The notes beneath the pieces were generated by a model, which saw only the letters and a list, made by a program, of their open reading frames with translations, did no database searches and was not told where the DNA came from. From NCBI RefSeq assembly GCF_009914755.1, contig NC_060931.1: a stretch of DNA of 64,000 nucleotides; one strand, written 5' to 3'. This document shows, piece after piece, positions 56,531 to 64,000 of the stretch. The DNA comes from the human T2T-CHM13v2.0 reference genome, Homo sapiens. A program made the position numbers and the translations under genes. The first letter of the stretch is position 1. Each line of letters begins with the position of its first letter.

Positions 56531-57070
56531 TTCAACTGTAACCAACACTTACAAAAACTACAATTCAATCTATATGAGATCATTAGACAATAATTCAGGA
56601 GCTAAAACTTCAAGGTTACCATCAAGGAGTTCTTTTCCATTGCTTTATTTATGTCAGGTACTGGTTTAACAGCCTTTTGGTTAATAGAGAGCCAATAAAT
56701 ATGAATGGTTCATTCAAATTTTCATTTCGCTTACATATAAATATTTGGCATTATGCACTGTATTTTCCAAAGTCTGGCAGGTTGTACAGTTTTTCATGCA
56801 ACCAGATTAGTAAATCGTGTTATAGCTGTGATTCTGTCAGCAAAAGAAGACTAAATAAACATGAGAAAACACAAAGAATACATGTAATTCAATTTTGTGA
56901 AGTAATCTAGTCTATAAGCAGGTGAACATCCAATATCATAAATAAATCAATACATCCTAATGTACATATATCTGTACTCACATATACACAATAGAACAGG
57001 CAGGAAGTTCAAGGAAATAAAGGCTAAGAATTCCTAAGCAGTAAGGACTTAACTACAGGAAACAGCATAA

Positions 57071-57792
57071 TTTTTAATCAACTTATTCAGGTATAATTTT
57101 TATAAAATATAATGCTCCCATTTTAAGTGTACTGTTCAATAAGTTTTGACAAATATATAAACCTGTGTAACTACCACCACAATGAAAATATAGAAGAGTT
57201 AATATCATTCAAAATTTCCCGCATGACCCTACACAGTTAATCCTATTCTCTTGGCACTAGGCGACCACTGATCTGTTTTCTATCACTGTAGACTAGTTTT
57301 ATCTATTCTAGAACTTCACATAAATGAAATGACACATTATATGCACTTTTTTGCATAGCTTCCTCTGCTCACCATACTGCTTTTGAAATTTATCCATGTT
57401 GTTTCAATATGAGCAGTTTATTCCTTTTTCCACTGAGTAGTATTTCAATGCATGAATCTACCACAAATGGTTTATCTACCAGTTAATGGATATTTAGATT
57501 GTTTCTAGTTTTTGAATATTATAAAGCTGATATGAACTCCGTGTACAGGTGCACTTTTATTTCTCTTGATAAATAACTAGTAATGGAATTTTAGGGTTGT
57601 ATAAGTGTAGGCTAATTGTACATGAAACTGTCAAACTGTTCTCCAGGTAGGTTGTATCCTTTTATACTATACCAGCAGTGTGAGAGTTTCGGTTGCTTCA
57701 TATCCTAAACACATTTGGTGTTGTCGTTCTTTTAAAATTTTAGTCATTTTAGTGAGTGTGTAGTTGTTTATCATTGTGTTTTTATTTTGCAT
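57071..57792 (-). mobile_element. L1ME1-like 3' fragment
   Basis: 'cccattttaagtgtac..ttttgacaaatatata..accactgatctgttttctatcact..ttctagaacttcacataaatg'. Confidence 0.8.
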
Positions 57793-57839
57793 CAGTGAAA
57801 CAGTTTATTTTTGAGAGGACTAGATTGTCAAGTGAGAAA

Positions 57840-58088
57840 CCTAGTTAAACGAGTTGATACTAGAGTCACACATGGTTCTGAATCCCAGAACTGGTACCTA
57901 CCATATGTGTGACTATGAACAAGTTGTCTTGGCTTCTCTATGCCTCAATGTTCTCCTCTGTTAATTCACAATAAAAATAGTACCTTATTCAGATTTTATT
58001 TTAAACTTTGAAGAGAAAATAAACATAAAGCACTAATCATAGTGTCTGCATCATATTGTTCAATAAAATTAACTAATATTATTATTCC
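57840..58088 (+). mobile_element. MIR
   Basis: 'ggttctgaatccca..cttctctatgcctcaatgttctc..taaagcact..caataaa'. Confidence 0.65.
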
Positions 58089-58605
58089 TACTTCACAGAA
58101 TGTAGAGGGTTATAAATTTTTAAAGCTTGCTAATTTGTTTTCTAGTGACAATAATAATAATGTTACACATTTGAAGTATCTAGCTCACCCAACATAAGAA
58201 AGTTCTTCATAGTAATTTTTTTATTGAGAAATCCAATGTCTTCAAAATAAGTGGATCATAAATATAAACAAGCATTACTCTAGAAGGTATCTCTGTAACT
58301 AATTCTGTTTTTGTTAACATTTTGTTTTGGTTTTTTTTTCTAGCTGAGACTTGATCCTGACAAAATATGCAGACAGCATTACTTTACATAGCCTTTATCC
58401 TAGAAAAAAAAAAAAAGCAGTATCGAGTATTTAGAACAGCGTACAATAGTATACTAACCTGTATTGCCCTATCTCCATCCACAAGCCACCTCTGTGGTTT
58501 CAATAGTGCCCTAAAATGCCAACTTCCATTTTATCCCAACATCAACTACATTAGTAAATTCTCTCTTCCCTCACTAAGTAAAACTTCCTATTCAGCTGTT
58601 CGCAG

Positions 58606-58664
58606 TGCTGCCTGTAGACAGTTCACTAATGCTGCCTGTAGACAGTTCACTAATGCTGCCTGTA
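58606..58664. repeat. Perfect 24-bp tandem repeat, ~2.5 copies (tgctgcctgtagacagttcactaa)
   Basis: Read directly. Confidence 0.95.
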
Positions 58665-61600
58665 ACCACTCCTCTCTCCTGCCTGCATCAGTGACACCAC
58701 AGTCAGCTTTCCTTCCCCTCATTCCATTGCCAAACCTCTCTCCAAGTCTGATAGCTCTGCCAAATCATCTAGCTTTTGCTTTTGTGTGGTCTGACAGAAT
58801 TGGCACAGAGTGAGAAGCACTAAGTTCTGTGACTTCCTATTGAATTTTTTTCACTGTTAATAAAGAAAGTTAGGAGTAGCCAATAGATTTTTTTTTTTAA
58901 GAAAAAGTGTCTTTCTGAAACACAAAGACATGGCTTAAAACTGAAAAGTTAAAGAGTTTGAACTAATCGCCATTCAGCCATTGACTTATTTGGTGACCCT
59001 AATATGTTTACTAACGGTTTTTTAATAGCCTATTGTTACAGGATTTTAAAAAAAACTATTACTTTTCTCTTATAACAACACGTAGCAATTAAATTATATA
59101 ATGAGTTGTTCTTCTAGTTCTTTCATATAAAAATCTTCTTTGAATGTCATAAATACTATGAGTTTAGAGACATTAAGTAACAGAAATGCAACTACTGCCA
59201 CCATCACCTCCAAAGCTAACAAACTTAGACTGAACTTACTGGGAAGAATTACAGTGACATCATATTAGTATCCTGGCCCCAGAAGATATGTAGAGCAGGG
59301 GGTCATTAATAAAAGGCCTCAGGCAGGACAAACAGGTAGAAGCCCATCAATCAGCATTAGGATTGGGGCACAAAGCTGGAACCAGTCAACAGCCAGAGTA
59401 AAGGTAAGAGTTGCATAGGTTTATCTAGACAGTAGATCACATGGGTCCTGAAGATTGGCACAGAAGTCTGTCTTTAAGCAGGAGGAAAATGAAATCATCC
59501 ATGAGGAGGGTGAAAGGGGAAAGGTGGGAATCAAACTGTGCATGCCTCCAGACCTGCACCATTTAATAAGACAAGAAGTCATTTGCCATGTTCATAGCAT
59601 ACTCCACTTCCTACGCCCCATTTCTGGCATTTTTTTCTTTTAGGCCTATCTATACTCAATCCACTTCTAAAGCTGAACAAGACACAAAATTGGGGTTCAC
59701 ACTCCCACAGTTGTCACTGAGTATTAAATTTGAGTCTATGCTCATTATCCAAACCCTTCATCTAGAGTTGAATCAACTGAGGACTGGACTTCCCTAATAC
59801 TTGGCTGCTTTTCCTTATCTTAGCATATCTTTCTGGGCTTCACCCTGCCTTCTCTCCCAGGTCTCATGTATTCCAGACTCTGAATGCTTAACTAGATTTC
59901 ACGTCCTGACTCCTCCTGTTTAACCCAGTTCTGTGGCCAACCATGAGTTACACTGACAATCACTCTTGGCTTCTCTTCTCCAGTCACTCAGAGGACTATG
60001 GTGGGATGGCTCCAGAGGAGGACACCAAAGGGTACTTTCTGCCATTGCCACAAAGATTATTAAAGAATGACCTCTATAAATAAGCAACATGCAAATTCCT
60101 TCAAGACTGAGCTAATATGAGCATCAGGAGATTCCATGGATGGAGGAGTTTCTAAAGTGCTTCCCCAGGGTGTGACATCTGCATTTTCTCACTTTGCTTT
60201 TCACTCCAAGCTCATATGCTGTCTGTAAGAAGATGCTACTCCCTCTTTTAAGACTCAGGCCTCATCTACCCTGACACACAGGATATTTTAAAACTCCATG
60301 AAAAAAACAAAGGGAGTCACTTACAGAAAATCCAAATAGCAGAAGCATAGTGAAGTTTCCATATTTTGGGATTCATGTCCCAAGACATGTGAATTTTGTT
60401 CTAAAAAGGGCTGAACCAAATTCACAGATCTCTTTCCTACATGGCAGGTATGATTTTAAGAAGCATACACTCAAGTATCAGAAATGCAATTTGGCTTTAC
60501 AGCTAATATCTTGTTCTATCTACTCTAGAAACTCCCCTTCCCACAAAAAATAGAATATAGATTTTTCATTTTGTATTTATGAGTCTCTCATTCAAATCCT
60601 TCCCATTCTTCCAAATTTAGTACCTGGGTGTAGAATGAAGCTGACATGTTCTCTGACATGGAGGTGGAACATGCAAGTCTCCAGGTGATATACCACATCC
60701 TGCTTGGTCCCTGGGTAATGGCCTCTGTCCTGATTACTTCTGCAGTGGTGTAACCACATGGCTGCTGAAGATCCATCTCTGAGTTGAGATTGCCCTGCTT
60801 GGTCTTTGGAGTGCATCCTGTTACCATTGCTGATGTCCATGAACTTTACCTTAGCCTCCAGTCACAAGCATCTCACATCCTACCGTCTATCTGGCTACAC
60901 TAGTCCTTCTATTGATCACAAGGGCACGTAGCACTTATGAATGGCCTTGGGGACGTATGCTCTCTTATTTGCTTTCTCCACACCACACTAAACTGAGACT
61001 TCACTCAGGCCCACCCCCTTGGATAACTATTGCTTGATAAATGCTGCTGGCATTTCAGAGGCATGGGATTTCCCCATGAAACTTTCCATATTCCCATTTA
61101 TGCCCAGGAAAGCAAGACATCAGCCCCAAAGATCTTAAAATTACCAAACCTACCTGAATATTCTTTATTCATTATTTCGGATTCAGCCATAAGAGGGGAA
61201 TCAAAACCCTAGAGACATTTATTTATCTGTTTTCCAGGCTCCATCTCTCTCTGACCAGCCAGGCTTTCCTCCTTCTATGGGCCAAGAAATTTCCTTGCAT
61301 TGCATATTTTTCTCCCTATTCATTGGTTCTGCCATGTAAATTGCCTGATCCTCCTCAAGCTGAATGTTTGTTTTGGGAGTTGTGAGAAAATCATCCTCTT
61401 CTCAACTAAGCCAGGCAATTTCAGTGTTCAAAAGTGCTTGATTTTGGACTATGGAGAAAATTCCTGTTGCAAATTCAGGCCCATGGTACCCTGTGTGTAA
61501 GAGTGTCATGCTTTCTCCATGAAGCAATGCATGCTATTGACCTAGTGGTTTGGAGAACTAGAAACTGAGGATGACTGCAGGTAAGCTATATTGATTTATT

Positions 61601-61701
61601 TTCTCAGAATTAGTACCTCAGTTTTCCCTGGCAGCAAAATTAGTGTCTCTGTAATTCCTAATAGTTTTCCATTTATTTCTTTGTGACATATATTTCCTAT
61701 A

Positions 61702-62030
61702 TTTTCTTTTTTCTTTTTTTTTTTTTTTTTTTGGGGATGGAGCCTCACTCTGTCACCCAGGTTGGAGTGCAGGGGCTCGATGTTGGCTTACCGCAACTTC
61801 CGCCTCCCAGGTTCAAGCAATTCTCCTTCCTCAGCCTCCTGAGTAGCTGAGATTACAGATGTACCACCATGCCCAGCTGATTTTCTTTGTTGTTGTTGTT
61901 GTTGTTTTTTAGTAGAGATGGGGTTTCTCCATTTTGAGCTGGCTGGTCTCAAACTCCTGACCTCAGGTGATCCGCCCACCTCAGCTTCCCAAAGTGCTGG
62001 GATTACAGACATGAGCCACCGTGCCCAGCC
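61702..62030 (-). mobile_element. AluS-type with (TTG)n expansion in the central A-rich linker
   Basis: Both arms; degenerate TSD tgtgacatatatttcc / tgtggcatacattttcc. Confidence 0.92.
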
Positions 62031-63591
62031 TGTGGCATACATTTTCCACCACATAAGTATAATTGCTGGACATACTTGACCCTCAGGACAAAGACAAAAA
62101 AATCAGACTCCAGCCTCTTGAGACTCTCCCACTTAGCAAATGATTGGCAGCATTATGGAGACTTAGGGAAGAACCTTCATCCCACCTAAGGCACATGGCC
62201 TTATCTATTAAAAGATCTTTGCTTTGTAATACCTTAATTGGTCATTACCATAACAAACAATTAACATATAATAAATATTTATTAATAAGAATACACATAG
62301 AAGAGTTGTGCTACAAACCATAGATAAAAACAAAAATCTGGCTCATACTTGAATAGGAAATCTATGAGATGAAAGTCTTAACTCTTTATGGAAAAAGAAA
62401 ATGCACGAGTCAAGAAAGAAGTACATTAAATTACCAGGAAAACCCTGCAAGGATCAGGATTCCACTTTTCTGTTGTCAAAGAGCAATTTACTTTCAGAGC
62501 TACCCCAAGAGTTAGGCCTCAAGTGTGTTCTCTGATAAACTCTGTTGACTCTAAAAAAAACCCTAAGACTACTGTTTATTGAATGCCTGCCGAGTGCCCT
62601 TGGTTTAATCTATATTATCTCATTTTGTGCTCACAACAACATTTCAAAGTGGGCATTATTAGCTTCATCTTTAAAGGTACAGAGATAAAGACCCCAGTCA
62701 CCAGCAGAGGTACAATTGGACTTATTTCTAAAAGATGAAAAAATGCCCTCAATGTGTGATTGAAGCAAGTTCATGAAATTGCTTCAAAATCTTCCTGTGG
62801 GGAATGGAATTAGAAACATGTTCCCCACCTCCAAAAACAGTGCAAATAAGAATTATACTTTCACCTCTAAGCTGATCTTTAAATTCAGCTTTTAGTTCCT
62901 GTTGAGATTTAGTATTGGTTGACTCCTATTCAAGACAACTGACACTTCAGTTAGTTGATTAGTGAATAGACAGGGTTATAATAAAATAAAATAAAAGGCA
63001 GTCTCTTTAGAGAAAGTGCCTCAGCAGGATTTGAATGGGCACTGGGGAGAGGAGCACTCCCCATTCAGTAGAATAGTTACTCAAGGTGACCCCGCTCCTC
63101 AGTCCTCAGGCAATCTTTGAAAGGAACTAAAATTGAAAGCATACAGAGAGGCAGAAAGAGCTGGCCCAAAAAGTGACACTCAGTGGTGGTCTTTTCTCCT
63201 TTCAGTTCTTCCCTTTCACATGCAATTGTGTACCTCGGTGTCCTATCTCTCTGAAGCTCATTCTAAATACACTTCAGTAGTTTGAGTAGATTTTTAAATT
63301 CTATTTAATTTTTATGTTTTTTGAGTGATTTACAATGTGTCTAGGAAAGGTTGCTCTGTGGTATGTTGCTACTGAAGCTCCAATAGGGAGCAAAGACAAT
63401 ATCTGCTTTTTATGTTTTGCTTTGTTTATCTTATTTAATCCTACAATACCCTCTCAGAGGTAGGTAGGGGTCAGGTTTTATTATTTTTATTTACAGGCTG
63501 GAAGTGAAATAAAATCCAGGTAGGTGTTAAATGTCATACTAGAAGCAAGCAGAACTTACAGGAATATGTAACTGAGCCAAAATACACTAAA

Positions 63592-63855
63592 CAAGCATTT
63601 TTCAAATAATTATCCATGGGGTCCAATAGATGATTTTTTGGAAAAAGAGTTTCTTAGTCAAATATATTTGCATAATCTTCCATATTACATGTGCTTCTTG
63701 AGATAAACAGTGCTCACATTAAAGACTCTGTGAAATCCTGAAATTAAAAACAATCTCAAAAACGTTTAACTCAGTATCATTTCATCTAGTACATTGTGTT
63801 TGCTTGTTTAGTAAGTATCTGTTTGTAGCAACAACATATATTTTAGGAAATACTC
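63592..63855. mobile_element. hAT-Charlie-like relic
   Basis: Degenerate ends 'caagcatttttcaaa' / 'tttaggaaatactc'; internal 'cacattaaagactctg.gaaatcctg'. Confidence 0.45.
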
Positions 63856-64000
63856 CATGAAAGCATACCATCTCTCAATACCTCTATATACCCCTGTAAA
63901 GTAACAAGATAAACAAACTATTTGCCTCAGATAGGGACACATCTAAATTATCACCAAAGAAAGGTTGTGGGAGGGATGGAAGGAAGGGTGAGAGAGCTGC

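Noticed and set aside
60588-60840. Two overlapping ~80-aa minus-strand ORFs (possible pseudogene)
   Set aside because: No recognisable parent protein, poly-A tail or TSD

Overview
AT-rich, CpG-poor primate (very likely human) nuclear DNA that reads as intergenic or deep-intronic. No multi-exon protein-coding gene, RNA gene, CpG island or CRISPR array can be supported. The ORF track is explained by Alu, L1 and THE1 sequence or by chance. The window is dominated by transposon fossils: 7 Alus, a complete THE1 (MaLR) provirus with TSDs, solo LTRs (MLT1D, MER31-like, MSTB-like, MLT2A2, older MLT1/LTR33), L1 fragments, many L2/MIR relics and hAT/mariner MITEs. Subfamily names come from remembered consensus sequences and need RepeatMasker/Dfam confirmation; boundaries of old repeats are approximate. 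The best leads are: (1) a candidate minus-strand first exon ending Kozak-ATG-GAA-GAG|GTGAGG at 1595-1603; (2) a single TSD-flanked L1PA insertion in which an inverted 5'UTR piece is fused to the L1 3' end; (3) two short non-TE direct duplications (~100 and ~88 bp), each 1.5-1.9 kb upstream of its apparent donor, plus several fold-back insertions, which look like scars of templated DNA repair. I found no evidence for a new multi-gene biological system.
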